A DNA stretch of 64,000 nucleotides from Longimicrobiales bacterium (GCA_965249725.1 CBDFMQ010000002.1:1600001-1664000), one strand, 5' to 3'; numbered from the stretch's first letter, positions 27,482 to 38,548 are shown. Made by a program: numbers and translations. Notes: generated by a model from the letters alone, not told the origin.

Positions 27482-29842
27482 CTAGATCCCTTCGCTCGAC
27501 AGGATGAGGTCGAGCGCGTCCATGCCGACCAGTACCTCCCGGGCCTTGGACCCCTCGGAGGGGCCCAGGATGCCCGCGTCGTGCAGTTGGTCCACGATCC
27601 GGGCGGCCCGGCCATAGCCGATCTTCAGTCGCCTCTGCAGAAGCGATGTCGAGCCCTGTTCGTGCTGAATGCAGACCTCGGCCGCCGCCCGGAACAGGTC
27701 GTCCCACTCGGATGGCCCCTCACCGCCTCCACCAGCCTCTTCCTGCTCGTGGCTCCTGATCTGTTCGAGAATATCGGACTCGTCGTCCGACTCGTCGTCC
27801 TCGTACGCCTGCTCACGGGCCTCGACCCGCTCCTTGTACCAGCCCATCATCCGATCCGTCTCGGGCGTGGAGATATAGGCTCCCTGAATGCGCACGGGTT
27901 CGCTGGTCCCCGGCGGGAGGAAGAGCATGTCTCCGTTCCCCAACAGGGCGTCGGCGCCGTTCTGATCCAAGATGGTGCGGGAGTCCGTCTTCGACGCCAC
28001 GCGGAATGCGATCCTGGAAGGGAAGTTCGCCTTGATCAGGCCCGTGATGACGTTCACGCTGGGCCGCTGAGTGGCCACGATCAGGTGGATGCCGATGGCT
28101 CGGGCCTTCTGTGCGAGGGTCGTGAGCGGCTTCTCGACCTCGCTCTGGACGGTCATCATGAGGTCGGCCAGCTCGTCGACCACGACGACCACGTAAGGGA
28201 GTACACCCTCCTGATGGATCCAGCGGTCAGGATCGTCCTCGGCTCCCTTCGGCTCGAAGCGTCGCAGGACGACCCCGTCTCGCCACCGCGCGTTGAACTC
28301 GTCGATGGAGCGCACGCCGTTTGCGCTCAGGAGCGTGTAGCGGCGCTCCATCTCCAGGACCGCCCATTTCAGCAGCCCCGCGGCGTCCCGGGGATCGGTG
28401 ACCACGCTGTGGCGGAGGTGTGGGAGCATCTTGTAGGTGGAGAGCTCGACCATCTTGGGGTCGACCATGAGCAGCCGGAGCGTCTCCGGAGTGTGCCGGT
28501 AGACCAGGCTCGTGATGATGGTGTTGATACAGATCGACTTCCCGGATCCCGTGGCGCCCGCGATCAGGACGTGGGGCATCTTGCGCAAGTCCGCCACGTA
28601 GGGCTTGCCGTTCAAGTCCTTGCCGAGCGCCAGAGGCAGCTCGGCACGGCTGTTCTGATAGGCCGGAGAGTCCAGGATATCCCGAAGCCGGACGACCTCA
28701 GGCTCAGGGTTGGGGATCTCCACGCCCACGGCGCCCTTTCCCGGAATGGGGGCCACGATCCGAATGCTCTTGGCCTTCATCGCCAGGGCCAGGTCCGCGT
28801 CCAGATTCGCGATCTTGTTGACCTTCACGCCCGGAGCCGGGATCACCTCGTACTGCGTGACCACGGGGCCGGTGGTCCGACCGCCGATCTCGCACTCGAC
28901 ATTGAAGGTACGGAGCTTCTCGACCAGGACGTCTCCCAACGCGTCCAGCTCGCGCTCCATGTCTCCCCGATCCTCCTCCTCCACCGTAGTCATGAACTCG
29001 ACAGGTGGAAGTCCGGTCTCGCTGAGGTCTTCCTTGGGGAGAGGATCGGGCATCATCTCTTCGAGCTCGTCCGCCAACTCACCGCCATCCTCTGTCTCGG
29101 AATCACCTTCAGACTCGACATCAGACCCGGCGAGGCCGGAATCTGCCTCTTCTTCGGCGGGCTCCTCGGCGGGCTCCTCGGCGGGCTTCTCCTCCTCTTC
29201 GGGGGGAGCTTCGTCCTCGCCTTCCAGCAGGTCCATCGGCGGCGTCTGGTCGAGACGTTCCCGCGCCCGCTCGTCCAACCGGGCTTTTACCCCCTCACCC
29301 CAGGTGACGAGCCGAGCCGCGCCCCGAGCCATGACCCCACTCCCTTGTGCCATCGCGTAGGCCAGCGAACGGAGTGGATTCCAGCCCAACGTGCCCACGG
29401 ACAGGACGACCAGGAGAAGCGACAGGAAGAGGACCGCTCCAAGGAACCCCAGGGCCGTGGCAAGAGGCGGACCCGCGAAACCACCCCACGCGCCGACCAT
29501 CTCAGGTCCCTGTCCCAGAACCTGGAGTCCGACCGGAAGGATGAGCATCAGGCCCGCGGACAGCACAGCCAATCGCACGGTCCACCCCTGCGACAGCCAG
29601 TCCCCCGCCCTCAGGCCGGTAACCAACAGCAGGATCGGCACGAAGAAGGCGGAGCCGCCGAGCAGACCTGCGAGGCCACGCTGCGTGGTGCCGCCCACGA
29701 GGCCCATCATGTTCCCCGACGGGAACCAGGCGGCCAGGCGCGGGCCGAGGGCCGCCACGGGCATCAAGGCCGCCACAAAAAAAAGCGCCAGGGCCAGAAG
29801 GCCTGCCGCCATCATATCCCGCTGCTGCTCCCGAGATAGCAT
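27482..29842 (-). CDS. ftsK: DNA translocase FtsK
   Basis: 4 N-terminal TMs, GPVVTQYE, MPHVLIAGATGSGKS, DELADLMM, ATQRPS, gamma domain LQRRLKIGYGRAAR. Confidence 0.97.
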   Translation of the reverse strand: MLSREQQRDMMAAGLLALALFFVAALMPVAALGPRLAAWFPSGNMMGLVGGTTQRGLAGLLGGSAFFVPILLLVTGLRAGDWLSQGWTVRLAVLSAGLMLILPVGLQVLGQGPEMVGAWGGFAGPPLATALGFLGAVLFLSLLLVVLSVGTLGWNPLRSLAYAMAQGSGVMARGAARLVTWGEGVKARLDERARERLDQTPPMDLLEGEDEAPPEEEEKPAEEPAEEPAEEEADSGLAGSDVESEGDSETEDGGELADELEEMMPDPLPKEDLSETGLPPVEFMTTVEEEDRGDMERELDALGDVLVEKLRTFNVECEIGGRTTGPVVTQYEVIPAPGVKVNKIANLDADLALAMKAKSIRIVAPIPGKGAVGVEIPNPEPEVVRLRDILDSPAYQNSRAELPLALGKDLNGKPYVADLRKMPHVLIAGATGSGKSICINTIITSLVYRHTPETLRLLMVDPKMVELSTYKMLPHLRHSVVTDPRDAAGLLKWAVLEMERRYTLLSANGVRSIDEFNARWRDGVVLRRFEPKGAEDDPDRWIHQEGVLPYVVVVVDELADLMMTVQSEVEKPLTTLAQKARAIGIHLIVATQRPSVNVITGLIKANFPSRIAFRVASKTDSRTILDQNGADALLGNGDMLFLPPGTSEPVRIQGAYISTPETDRMMGWYKERVEAREQAYEDDESDDESDILEQIRSHEQEEAGGGGEGPSEWDDLFRAAAEVCIQHEQGSTSLLQRRLKIGYGRAARIVDQLHDAGILGPSEGSKAREVLVGMDALDLILSSEGI
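29153..29188. repeat. 12-bp tandem repeat CTCGGCGGGCTC-type x3 in the ftsK linker (EEPA)
   Basis: Read directly; same unit as 34062-34129. Confidence 0.8.
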
Positions 29843-30591
29843 CAGGGGCTCACCTCCGAGCCGCTCGAATCGGGTGACAGCACCTGAATCACCCGATCCT
29901 CCATCTCGGGAACGACCGAGTACCGATCCAGTTGCGCGCAGTGCGTCAGGTCGTCGTGGAACCCGATATCCACGAGGTTCTTGCCTCCGTCCGTCATGGC
30001 CAGGAAGTCGGCTCCGATCCGGAAGCGGTTCGCGAGCTCGAGGGCCGCGTGCCCGGCGTCGTTGAGTTCGATCTCTTCCTCGTTCAGCCCCTGCAGCCGG
30101 TCGATGAGCGCGCCCGCACACACGGCATCGTCGGTAGCGAACCTGCCTTCTCGACCGGCGCACACCACTACCAGGTGCTCCACATCGGTCACCGCCTCGA
30201 CGACGGCGCCGAGGTTGAGGAAGCAACAAGCCAACACGCGATCCGCATCCTCGGCCAGCAGGAACGCCCTGGTTCCGTTGGTCGTACTCATGACGAGGCG
30301 CTTGTCCGCCACACGGTCTGCGACGAACTCCCGCGGGGAGTTTCCGAGGTCGAAGCCCTCGATCATGAGCCCCTTCGACTCACCGCAGAGGAGCGTGTCT
30401 TCCCGTCCCAGCGAGCCCGCCAGTTTCATGGCCTCCTCTGTGGACGCGGCCGGATACACCCCACGAGCCCCGTTCACCAAGGCCTCGACCATGGTGCTGG
30501 TCGCCCTCAGAACGTCGATGACCACAACCGTGTGGTCGACCATGTCGAGCGCCGCAGGCTCTCCGGCACGGAAGAAGACGTCGATCTTCAT
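29842..30591 (-). CDS. comB: 2-phosphosulfolactate phosphatase family
   Basis: [36 protein letters not shown]. Confidence 0.9.
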   Translation of the reverse strand: MKIDVFFRAGEPAALDMVDHTVVVIDVLRATSTMVEALVNGARGVYPAASTEEAMKLAGSLGREDTLLCGESKGLMIEGFDLGNSPREFVADRVADKRLVMSTTNGTRAFLLAEDADRVLACCFLNLGAVVEAVTDVEHLVVVCAGREGRFATDDAVCAGALIDRLQGLNEEEIELNDAGHAALELANRFRIGADFLAMTDGGKNLVDIGFHDDLTHCAQLDRYSVVPEMEDRVIQVLSPDSSGSEVSP

Positions 30592-31946
30592 CCCTGGTTC
30601 GCCCGTTCGCTGAGGAAGCGGTCCACGAACCCGGTGTCCACGTCGCCACTGACGAACTTCTCGTCCCGCGTGATCTCCGCCAAGAACGGGATCGTGGTCG
30701 TGATTCCTTCGATGACGAAGGAATCGAGCACGTGCCGCGCCCGGACGATGGCCTCCTCGCGGCTGTTGCCGTGTACGATGAGCTTGGCCAGAAGAGAGTC
30801 GTAGTAGGGCGGTACGTGATACCCGGTATAGAGGTGCGTGTCGAGCCGCACGCCCGGCCCTCCGGGGGGGTGGAACGTGAGGATCGGCCCCGGCGAAGGC
30901 GCGAAGTTGCGTGATGCGTCCTCGGCGTTCACGCGGAACTCGATCGCGTGCCCGCGTAGGCTCGGCGTCCGTTCGGGAAAGGAGAGGGGCTCCCCCGAGG
31001 CCACACGAATTTGCTCCTTAACAAGGTCCAGCCCGGTGATCACCTCGGTGACCGGGTGCTCCACCTGGATCCGCGTGTTCATCTCGATGAAGTAGTACGA
31101 CCCGGATGGATCCAGCAGGAACTCTACGGTTCCGGCTCCCACATAGTCGATGCCCTTGCCGGCCAGCACGGCGTCCTTACCCATCTGCTCTCTCATCTCT
31201 GGCGTGAGAGCGGGTGAGGGAGCCTCTTCGATGAGCTTCTGGTGCCGGCGCTGGATCGAGCAATCACGCTCCCCGAGATGGACTACTCGCCCATGCTGGT
31301 CGCCGAAGATCTGAAACTCGATGTGCCGCGGGCCGACGATGCACTTCTCGAGATAGACCTCGTCGTTACCGAAGGCAGCTTTCGCCTCTGTCTGCGCAGC
31401 CTGCAGCAGCGACGCGAAGCTCTCGGCATCCGGAACGACCCGCATGCCCTTGCCGCCCCCCCCCGCCGAAGCCTTGACCATGACGGGATAGCCGATCTCG
31501 TTGGCGATGCGCGCTGCCTCGTCCGGATCGGATACCACTCCGTCGGACCCGGGAACGGTGGGAACGCCCAACTCGGTCATGGTGCGCCGGGCCGTCGCCT
31601 TGTCGCCCATGGACCGGATCTGGTCCGGAGTGGGGCCAATGAAGACGATGTCGGAACGCTGGCAGATCTCGCTGAACTCCGCGTTCTCCGCCAAGAACCC
31701 GTATCCCGGATGAATCGCCTCGGCGCCGGTCACCTCGGCCGCCGAGATGATCTGCGGGACGTTGAGGTAGCTCTGAGCAGCCGGAGCCGGACCGATGCAC
31801 ACGTCCTCGTCCGCAAACCGCACGTGCAGCGACTCGCGGTCGGCCTCGGAGTAAACCGCCACGGTCTTCACGCCAAGCTCGTGACAGGCCCGGATGATGC
31901 GAAGAGCGATCTCCCCGCGATTGGCGATCAGAACCTTCTTGAACAC
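30588..31946 (-). CDS. accC: Acetyl-CoA carboxylase biotin carboxylase
   Basis: [39 protein letters not shown]. Confidence 0.98.
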   Translation of the reverse strand: MFKKVLIANRGEIALRIIRACHELGVKTVAVYSEADRESLHVRFADEDVCIGPAPAAQSYLNVPQIISAAEVTGAEAIHPGYGFLAENAEFSEICQRSDIVFIGPTPDQIRSMGDKATARRTMTELGVPTVPGSDGVVSDPDEAARIANEIGYPVMVKASAGGGGKGMRVVPDAESFASLLQAAQTEAKAAFGNDEVYLEKCIVGPRHIEFQIFGDQHGRVVHLGERDCSIQRRHQKLIEEAPSPALTPEMREQMGKDAVLAGKGIDYVGAGTVEFLLDPSGSYYFIEMNTRIQVEHPVTEVITGLDLVKEQIRVASGEPLSFPERTPSLRGHAIEFRVNAEDASRNFAPSPGPILTFHPPGGPGVRLDTHLYTGYHVPPYYDSLLAKLIVHGNSREEAIVRARHVLDSFVIEGITTTIPFLAEITRDEKFVSGDVDTGFVDRFLSERANQG

Positions 31947-31990
31947 TCAGCTCACCTCTGTCAGTGCCACACGGCCGGCGACCAAACCGT

Positions 31991-32032
31991 AACAAAAACT
32001 GTCAGAATCCGCACCCGGGCGCAGTCCTGACA
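31991..32032 (-). terminator. Terminator-like hairpin between accB and accC
   Basis: Minus strand TGTCAGGACTGCGC-ccgg-GTGCGGATTCTGACA followed by GTTTTTGTT. Confidence 0.5.
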
Positions 32033-32062
32033 CCGCCCCGTGCAGATATGAGGAGACCAGTG

Positions 32063-32560
32063 TTAAGAGGGTGAGACGCGGAACAACACCTGGCCGAACT
32101 CCACGGGATCCGCATTCTCGACACAGATCTCCTGGATCACCCCGGACACCTCAGACTCGAGCTCGTTCATCAGCTTCATGGCTTCGATGATGCAGAGCGT
32201 ATCTCCGGGACTCACGCGGGCACCCACCTCCACATAGCGCGGGGCGTCCGGAGCCGGAGCGCCGTAGAACGTGCCCACCATGGGGGACTTGATGTCGATC
32301 AAGTTCGATGCCGGGGCCGCCGCTTCGGTCTCGGATGCCGCAGGAGCCGCGGCGGGCGCAGCCGCTGTGGCTGCAGATGCCGCGGGGGCGGCCTGTATCG
32401 CGACCGGTGTCGTGTGGCTCAGAGGTGTGGCCACCGCGACGGCCGTACCGGACGTCTTGGCCAACTTGATGCGCGTACCCCCACGCTCGAGCTCGATGGA
32501 ATCGAGTCCGCTGGCGTCGATGGCCTCGATGAGGCTCTGAAGAAAGTCCAGATCGATCAT
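32063..32560 (-). CDS. accB: Biotin carboxyl carrier protein
   Basis: [16 protein letters not shown], Ala/Pro linker. Confidence 0.98.
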   Translation of the reverse strand: MIDLDFLQSLIEAIDASGLDSIELERGGTRIKLAKTSGTAVAVATPLSHTTPVAIQAAPAASAATAAAPAAAPAASETEAAAPASNLIDIKSPMVGTFYGAPAPDAPRYVEVGARVSPGDTLCIIEAMKLMNELESEVSGVIQEICVENADPVEFGQVLFRVSPS

Positions 32561-33123
32561 GCCGTGACCCGTGTCAGATACTTGTCTTCGCGGCGGTCGA
32601 CCTTGAGTACGTCTCCTTCTTCAATGAAGAGCGGGACCTGAACGACCGCGCCGGTCTCGAGCGTTGCGGGCTTAGTGCCTCCCTGAGCCGTGTCACCCCG
32701 CACCCCGGGATCGGTCTGGGTTACGGCTAGCTCGACGAACTGGGGAAGCTCCACACTGATGACATTTCCGTCATGCACCAGCCCCTCACACTCCATGTTC
32801 TCCTTCAGATACCTGAGCTGCTCCTCCCCGAGGAGGTCCCCAGAGATCGGAGTCATCTCGAAGGTCTGTTGGTCCATGAAGTGGTAGAGCTGGCCGTCCG
32901 TGTAGCTGTAGGTGACCGGGCGACGCTCCAAGCGGACGTCGGTCACCTTCTCTCCGGCCCGATACGTCCTGTCGACGACATTGCCAACCAGGACGTTCTT
33001 GAGTTTGGTCCTCACGAACGCGCCGCCTTTGCCGGGCTTTACATGCTGGAAGTAGACAATCGTCCAGAGTTGCCCGTCGATATCCAGAACCAAGCCGTTA
33101 CGAAAATTAGCAGTGGAAGCCAT
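32557..33123 (-). CDS. efp: Elongation factor P
   Basis: [30 protein letters not shown]. Confidence 0.98.
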   Translation of the reverse strand: MASTANFRNGLVLDIDGQLWTIVYFQHVKPGKGGAFVRTKLKNVLVGNVVDRTYRAGEKVTDVRLERRPVTYSYTDGQLYHFMDQQTFEMTPISGDLLGEEQLRYLKENMECEGLVHDGNVISVELPQFVELAVTQTDPGVRGDTAQGGTKPATLETGAVVQVPLFIEEGDVLKVDRREDKYLTRVTA

Positions 33124-33156
33124 GACGCCTTGTCAGTCGGTAAAGAATCGCCGGAA

Positions 33157-33594
33157 CTACCGGCCGGCGATGTGAGCCACGAGGCCCCTGAGCGCTAGAA
33201 GATAGCTCTGGGATCCAAAACCAAGAACCACCCCCGCGGCCACGGGCGCCAGGAAGGAGTGACGGCGGAATCTCTCTCGACCCGCGGTGTTGGAGAGGTG
33301 AACCTCCACGAACGGCTTCGCGACCCCCACGAGGCCGTCTCGCAGCGCCACACTCGTGTGCGTCAGTCCCCCGGGGTTGATCAGGAAGCCGTCGACCCGG
33401 CCGCTGGCCTCTTCCAAGAAGTCGAGGATCTCGCCCTCGGAGTTCGACTGGAACGATTCGATCTCAACTCCCAACTCCTCGCCGAGTGCTTCGGCCTCGC
33501 CGTTGATGTCGTCGAGCGTGTCGGTCCCGTAGACGTCCGGTTCTCTCTGCCCGAGCAAGCGCAGGTTCGGTCCATGTATGATCGCAATACGCAT
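33157..33594 (-). CDS. aroQ: Type II 3-dehydroquinate dehydratase
   Basis: HGPNLRLLGQREPDVYG, QSNSEG, INPGGLTHTS, EVHLSN. Confidence 0.96.
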   Translation of the reverse strand: MRIAIIHGPNLRLLGQREPDVYGTDTLDDINGEAEALGEELGVEIESFQSNSEGEILDFLEEASGRVDGFLINPGGLTHTSVALRDGLVGVAKPFVEVHLSNTAGRERFRRHSFLAPVAAGVVLGFGSQSYLLALRGLVAHIAGR

Positions 33595-34691
33595 TAGAGC
33601 TTGTTCATCCATGGAAAGGGATCGCCGTCTGAACCCTCGGCCGACTCGTCCGGAGCGAGAGACGCAATCGGCACCACCGGCCGATCATCCGCCGGCCGAT
33701 CGGCCACGTCCTCCGCCGAAACGACTGGGGCGTCGACAGCCCCGACGGGGTCAGGCGCCAGAGACTCGATGGGCACGACCGGCCGGTCGTCTGTGGCGGG
33801 GGCCGCTTCGGCAACAGGCTCAGGATCGGGGGCCAACGATTCAATGGGCACAACAGGTCGATCATCAGTGACCTCAGGTACCTCAGGCTCGTCCCCGGCC
33901 ACCGGGCCCACGTCCACGCCCCGGGTCAACTCGGCTACACGGTGCAGGAACATCCCGTTGTCGGGATCGTCCTCCAGGAGCTTCCGGTAGACCTCCACGG
34001 CCTTGTCCGCCGCGCCCTGCTTCGCGTAGAGCTCCGCCAGCGTCTGGGTATAGATCTCACCCTCGGCGGGCTCCTCGGCGGGCTCCTCGGCGGGCTCCTC
34101 GGCGGGCTCCTCGGCGGGCTCCTCGGCGACCGGCTCCGCCTCGAGAACGGGCTCTTCCGAAGAGTCCTCCGCACGGGCCGAAACCTCGAGAACGGGCTCG
34201 TCGAGCACGTCGTCGGGGGGTGCCTCGGCCTCATCAGGGGCCAGAGCCTCGACCGGTACCGCCTCGGGGGTGGCATCCTCAGCCGCCAAGGCGGCCTCCA
34301 GGTCTTCGAGCGTGGCTATCGCCTGGGCATCGTCCGGCTCCAGCTCGACCAGTCTCTGCGCGTAGGAGAGCCCCTGACGCGCATCAACCAGCCCCGCGAG
34401 GGACCGGAGGGCGGCGCCGTTCTCGTCGTCGAGCTCCAGGACTCTCTCGAACGCTTGGATCGCACTGTCGTCGTCGCCCCTGTCCGTGTGCAGCCATCCC
34501 GCTACCACATGCCCCGAAGCGGAGTCGGGATGAGTGCCCAATCCCTCTTGCAGGACCTCGAGCGCCCGGTCCAAATCACCCCCCCGACGGTGGGCATCGG
34601 CCAAGGACACGAAGGCGCGACCGTCTGGGTCTCGCTCCGAGAAGAGGATCTCCTGGAGCCGGTCGATCTGCTGATTCAGCGGTTCGGGCAC
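33594..34691 (-). CDS. TPR protein with acidic low-complexity repeats
   Basis: GTG start with SD AGGAG; N-terminal TPRs (FVSLADAHRRGG), central TQTLAELYAKQG TPR, repeated VPIESLAPD motif. Confidence 0.85.
   Translation of the reverse strand: MPEPLNQQIDRLQEILFSERDPDGRAFVSLADAHRRGGDLDRALEVLQEGLGTHPDSASGHVVAGWLHTDRGDDDSAIQAFERVLELDDENGAALRSLAGLVDARQGLSYAQRLVELEPDDAQAIATLEDLEAALAAEDATPEAVPVEALAPDEAEAPPDDVLDEPVLEVSARAEDSSEEPVLEAEPVAEEPAEEPAEEPAEEPAEEPAEGEIYTQTLAELYAKQGAADKAVEVYRKLLEDDPDNGMFLHRVAELTRGVDVGPVAGDEPEVPEVTDDRPVVPIESLAPDPEPVAEAAPATDDRPVVPIESLAPDPVGAVDAPVVSAEDVADRPADDRPVVPIASLAPDESAEGSDGDPFPWMNKL
34062..34129. repeat. 12-bp perfect tandem repeat CTCGGCGGGCTC x5 plus partial (EEPA)
   Basis: Read directly. 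Confidence 0.93.
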
Positions 34692-34891
34692 AGTTACTCC
34701 TATGGAGAATCGGGAAAAACACAAGGTGGAGCTGGAGGACACTTGAACGGGGGGAAGATACTGATTTCGCCAAAAACGTGTCAACGAAGGAGTTGAGGGC
34801 CCCTGGGGGTGCCGTTACTTTCTAAGGCCTTTTGCGTATGAAAGGGTCGAGTTTTGTCGATAGCCGCGCCGCGCCGAGGAGTTGTCGGGTT

Positions 34892-36714
34892 ATGATGCGT
34901 CAGATGAGGGAGAACACGAAGTGGATCATGCTGATCACAGCATTCGCTTTCGTGGGTCTCATGGTGTTCCAGTGGGGAATGGACATCACGGGAAGAAGTG
35001 GACTGTCCGTCGGCGAGATCGGCAGCGTGAATGGTGTGCCCGTCAGCTACGAGGAGTACAACTTCACCTACGGCCGTCTCATGGATCAGATCCAGAACTC
35101 GCAAGAGGATCCGGTCACGAGCCAGCAGATCGCCGACATCGAGGACGCTGCCTGGGACGAGGTGGTGAACCAGGTGTTGATCAGGCAGGAGCTGCAGAGG
35201 CGCGGCATCGAGGTGACGGACGACGAGGTCCGCAGTGCGGCCCGATTCAGCCCGCCTGCCGAACTCCGGTCGAGCCCCGCCTTCCAGACCGCTGGCGTCT
35301 TCGACATCCAGAAGTACCAGGACTACATCTCCTCGCCCGCGATCGACGATCAGGTCCTGCTCCAGCTAGAGGCTTACTACCGGGAGATCATTCCGCGGGG
35401 CAAGCTGCTTCGGCAGGTCTCCTCCGATGTCTACATCTCGGATGCCGCCCTGTGGCAGAACTATAAGGACCTCAACGAGCAGATCTCCGTCCGCTACATC
35501 CCGTTGAACCCCACTCAACGCATCGCGGACGACGACGTTCCCGTCTCCGCAGAAGACATCGCAGACTACTACGACGGGAATCGTGACGAGTTCGCGATCC
35601 CCGCCCAGGCCTCTGTGATGGTCGTGGTCCTCGTGAAGGCCCCCACGGCCGCCGACACCGCCGCAGCCGGCGAGATGGCGGCCGAACTCCGTCAGGAGAT
35701 CCGGGACGGCGTCGAGGTCGACGAGATCCTCGCAAGGCCCCGCATCTCGACGGGATCGGGTGATCTGGGGTGGTTCACGGAGGATCGGATGGTCCCGAGT
35801 TTTCCGCAGCCGCTTTCCTTGCGGCCAAGGGCTCGATCACCGAGCCGGTGCGGACCTCGTTCGGTTACCACATCATCGAGATTCAGGACAAAGCTGCCGA
35901 CAGCGTCCAGGCGCGACATATCCTGGTTCCCTTCGAGCGTACCGACGACTCGGAGCTCGCGCTCCTGACCCTCGCGGACTCGCTGGAAGGTCTCGGCGAA
36001 TCCCGGGGCCTGGACGAAGCGGTCAGCGTGCTGGGGCTTCAGAGCGAGACCGCTACACTCAGCCCGGACTTCGCGTTCGTCGTCGGCGCCGGTCAGGTCG
36101 GTGAGGGTGCGGACTGGGCGTTCGAAGAAGGCCTCGACGGAGACGTGAGCCCGGTATTCGAGACGAGGCAGGCGTTCTACATGCTCGAGCTCGTCGAGAC
36201 TCGCGACGCGGGCTTCATTTCTCTCCAGGACGCGACGGCCTCTATCGAGCAAGAGGTCCGGAACGTCAAGAAGCTGGAGATGGCCAAGGCGGAAGGTGAA
36301 GAGATCGTAAGCGATATTCGCGGTGGGACCGCCATGGACGCCGCTGCCGAGAGTCGCGGCCTCGAGATCCAAGAGGCAGGGCCTTACGCGCGCATGGACT
36401 TCGTGCCCGGTCTCGGGCGAATGAATGCCGCGGTGGGTGCCGGATTCGGTCTCTACCAGGGCCAGGTCAGCGGTGTGGTCGAGGCCAACAACAACGCGTT
36501 CATCCTCGAACTCGTCGACTACATGGCGGCCGACACCACGGTCTTCGAGGAAGAACGCGTCGCTCAGCGCTCCCAGTTGGTCGCCGGTGTCCAACAGACC
36601 CGTCTCCAAGAATGGCTCGAGGGCCTGCGGGCCGCCGCCCGCATCATCGACCGGCGCGACGAGGTCCTGAACGTCGACCCGGCCGATCAGCCGCTGATTC
36701 CGCCGATCTTCTAG
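34892..36714 (+). pseudogene. ppiD: PpiD/SurA-type peptidyl-prolyl isomerase split by a 1-nt frameshift near 35794-35797 (or sequencing error)
   Basis: Frame A ends GDLGWFTEDRMVP; frame B continues EFSAAAF..PVRTSFGYHII; adding one base gives a continuous ORF of about 607 aa. Confidence 0.85.
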
Positions 36715-36764
36715 AACCGGACCGACGCTGGCACACGGAGCGGCGCGCCAAGGCCCCAAGAAAC

Positions 36765-36808
36765 AACGGCGGCCGAAGCCTGATGGGCTTCGGCCGCCGT
36801 TTTCGTTT
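36765..36808. terminator. Intrinsic, probably bidirectional, terminator between convergent ppiD and tatA
   Basis: 16-bp perfect stem AACGGCGGCCGAAGCC / GGCTTCGGCCGCCGTT, T-rich on the right and A-rich on the left. Confidence 0.85.
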
Positions 36809-36828
36809 GGTGTCCTACCTTCAGGTCC

Positions 36829-37110
36829 CTACGCGTCAGAGTTCTCGTACTGATCCGCATCAGGAGACGTGGTCAGCGTTCTGGGCTCCTCGTCCTCGTC
36901 ATCCGAGGGCGTGGATTCCGACGTCACCGACTCCCTCGGTGGGGGCGGAGCCTGGACTTCGCGTTCGATTTCTCGAATCGAGCCCTTGAACTCCCGAATG
37001 CCCTTCCCCAGGGAGGATCCGATCTCCGGCAGCCGTTTGGCACCGAAGAGGAGGAGGACGACCAGGAAGATGAGTAGCATCTCCCACATGCCGAGTCCGC
37101 CGAGTCCCAT
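36829..37110 (-). CDS. tatA: Twin-arginine translocase TatA/E
   Basis: GMWEMLLIFLVVLLLFGAKRLPEIGSSLGKGIREFK. Confidence 0.95.
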   Translation of the reverse strand: MGLGGLGMWEMLLIFLVVLLLFGAKRLPEIGSSLGKGIREFKGSIREIEREVQAPPPPRESVTSESTPSDDEDEEPRTLTTSPDADQYENSDA

Positions 37111-37146
37111 GATGTACCTCCGTTCGAGGTCCGTCCCGACCTATGC

Positions 37147-37425
37147 TCAGATCCAGGATCGAACGATAAATGCGATGATCGAGATTCCGACGAGCGTCAA
37201 CACGTTCAGGCTTAATGTTAGAGGCCCGATCGCGAACGCAACAGCTACCAGATCGATGGACAAGGGCCCGATCGACGCTTCCACCGCCGTGGTCAGAAAC
37301 GACTTGGCTGCGCTCTCGGGTAGGAACAGCTCCGACAATTGAGTGAGCAATCCCCCGAGCAGCAGCCCGAGCACCTGGGTCCAGGCCAGGCGCTTGATAT
37401 TCCGCCGATACGTATCAACTAGCAT
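37147..37425 (-). CDS. Small membrane protein (DUF4321-like)
   Basis: Two TMs flanking GPLSIDLV..LTLSLNVLTLVG. Confidence 0.65.
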   Translation of the reverse strand: MLVDTYRRNIKRLAWTQVLGLLLGGLLTQLSELFLPESAAKSFLTTAVEASIGPLSIDLVAVAFAIGPLTLSLNVLTLVGISIIAFIVRSWI

Positions 37426-37492
37426 ACGGTCCGCCGGTGCGTCTGGTTCCCATTCTTCTTTGGATCACACGGGTCAGAGCTCGGCTCCGGCA

Positions 37493-38500
37493 TCAGCGGT
37501 CGCGGCTCACAGCGTACCCAACGGCACGCCGCAGCGCCTCGACGGCCAGATCATCCGGTAGATCACCGAGCTCCTCTTCGGCCCGCTCGGCATAGAGATC
37601 CGCCTGTGCCCTCGCGTAGGAGATCCCGCCCCGGTCATCGACGATCGAAATGATGCGCTGAATGTCGTCGTCGGAGGCCTCGACCAGGGTGAAGAAGCGC
37701 CTGATCTCCGACATCTCTGCGTCGGATACGTTCGCCAGCGCCCCCACGAGAGGTAGCGTGACCTTCCGCTCCCTCAGGTCGTGCCCCGCCGGCTTTCCGA
37801 TCACCTCTTCAGAGCCCGTATAGTCCAGCAGGTCGTCGGCAATCTGGAAGGCCATGCCCAGGTGATGTCCGAATCGGGCAAGAGGCCCACGATACTCTCG
37901 GGCGCCATCGAGAGCTCCCATCTCGCACGCAGCCGACATGAGGGACGCGGTCTTCGCCGCGATGAGCCGGTAGTAGTCCTCTTCGGTGAAACCGAGGGCG
38001 TCGTACGAGGTCAACTGGCGCATCTCCCCGACACTCATCTCGTTGGCGGCATCGGCGAGCACGGCCAGGGACTCGAGCTTGCCGAGGCGAGTCAGCTCCA
38101 TGATCGAACGACTGTAGAGATAGTCGCCCATGATGATCGCGATCTGATGGGTCCAGAGTGCGTTGACCGTCGGTAGGCCCCGTCGCAGGACGCTGTGATC
38201 CACCGCGTCGTCATGGACGAGCGTGGCCAGATGCACCAGCTCGACCACCGCCGCGGACGTGACAGCATCGTCGGAGGGGGTTCCACCGACCTTGTTGGCC
38301 AGTAGCAGAAGGGTCGGCCGGAACAGCTTGCCCCTCATCAACAGGAGGTACTCGTTGACCTCCTCGATCATGTCGAAGTCGGAAACGATGATGCGCTTCA
38401 GTTCATCCTGAACCGACTCGAGACGGGCGCCCACCAGGGACTGCATCGCGGAGAGCCCCGGAGGGGCACCGGTCAGCAGCGAGCTCGAAGCCGCCTCCAT
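37493..38500 (-). CDS. Long-chain polyprenyl diphosphate synthase (IspB/HepT family)
   Basis: GKLFRP, ELVHLATLVHDDAVD..RRG, KTA, AFQIADDLLD, GKPAGHDL. Confidence 0.93.
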   Translation of the reverse strand: MEAASSSLLTGAPPGLSAMQSLVGARLESVQDELKRIIVSDFDMIEEVNEYLLLMRGKLFRPTLLLLANKVGGTPSDDAVTSAAVVELVHLATLVHDDAVDHSVLRRGLPTVNALWTHQIAIIMGDYLYSRSIMELTRLGKLESLAVLADAANEMSVGEMRQLTSYDALGFTEEDYYRLIAAKTASLMSAACEMGALDGAREYRGPLARFGHHLGMAFQIADDLLDYTGSEEVIGKPAGHDLRERKVTLPLVGALANVSDAEMSEIRRFFTLVEASDDDIQRIISIVDDRGGISYARAQADLYAERAEEELGDLPDDLAVEALRRAVGYAVSRDR

Positions 38501-38548
38501 TAACACACGGCCGGGTTCGACATTGACATCGATCAGGAACTCGCTGGT

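Noticed and set aside
27452..29839. 795-aa + strand ORF, and similar ones at 14300-15868, 25294-26886 and 58029-59426
   Set aside because: Mirror frames of ftsK, ino1, rimO and uvrB with no independent coding signal
35788..35803. Programmed ribosomal frameshift in ppiD
   Set aside because: No canonical slippery heptamer or obvious stimulator; an indel error is simpler
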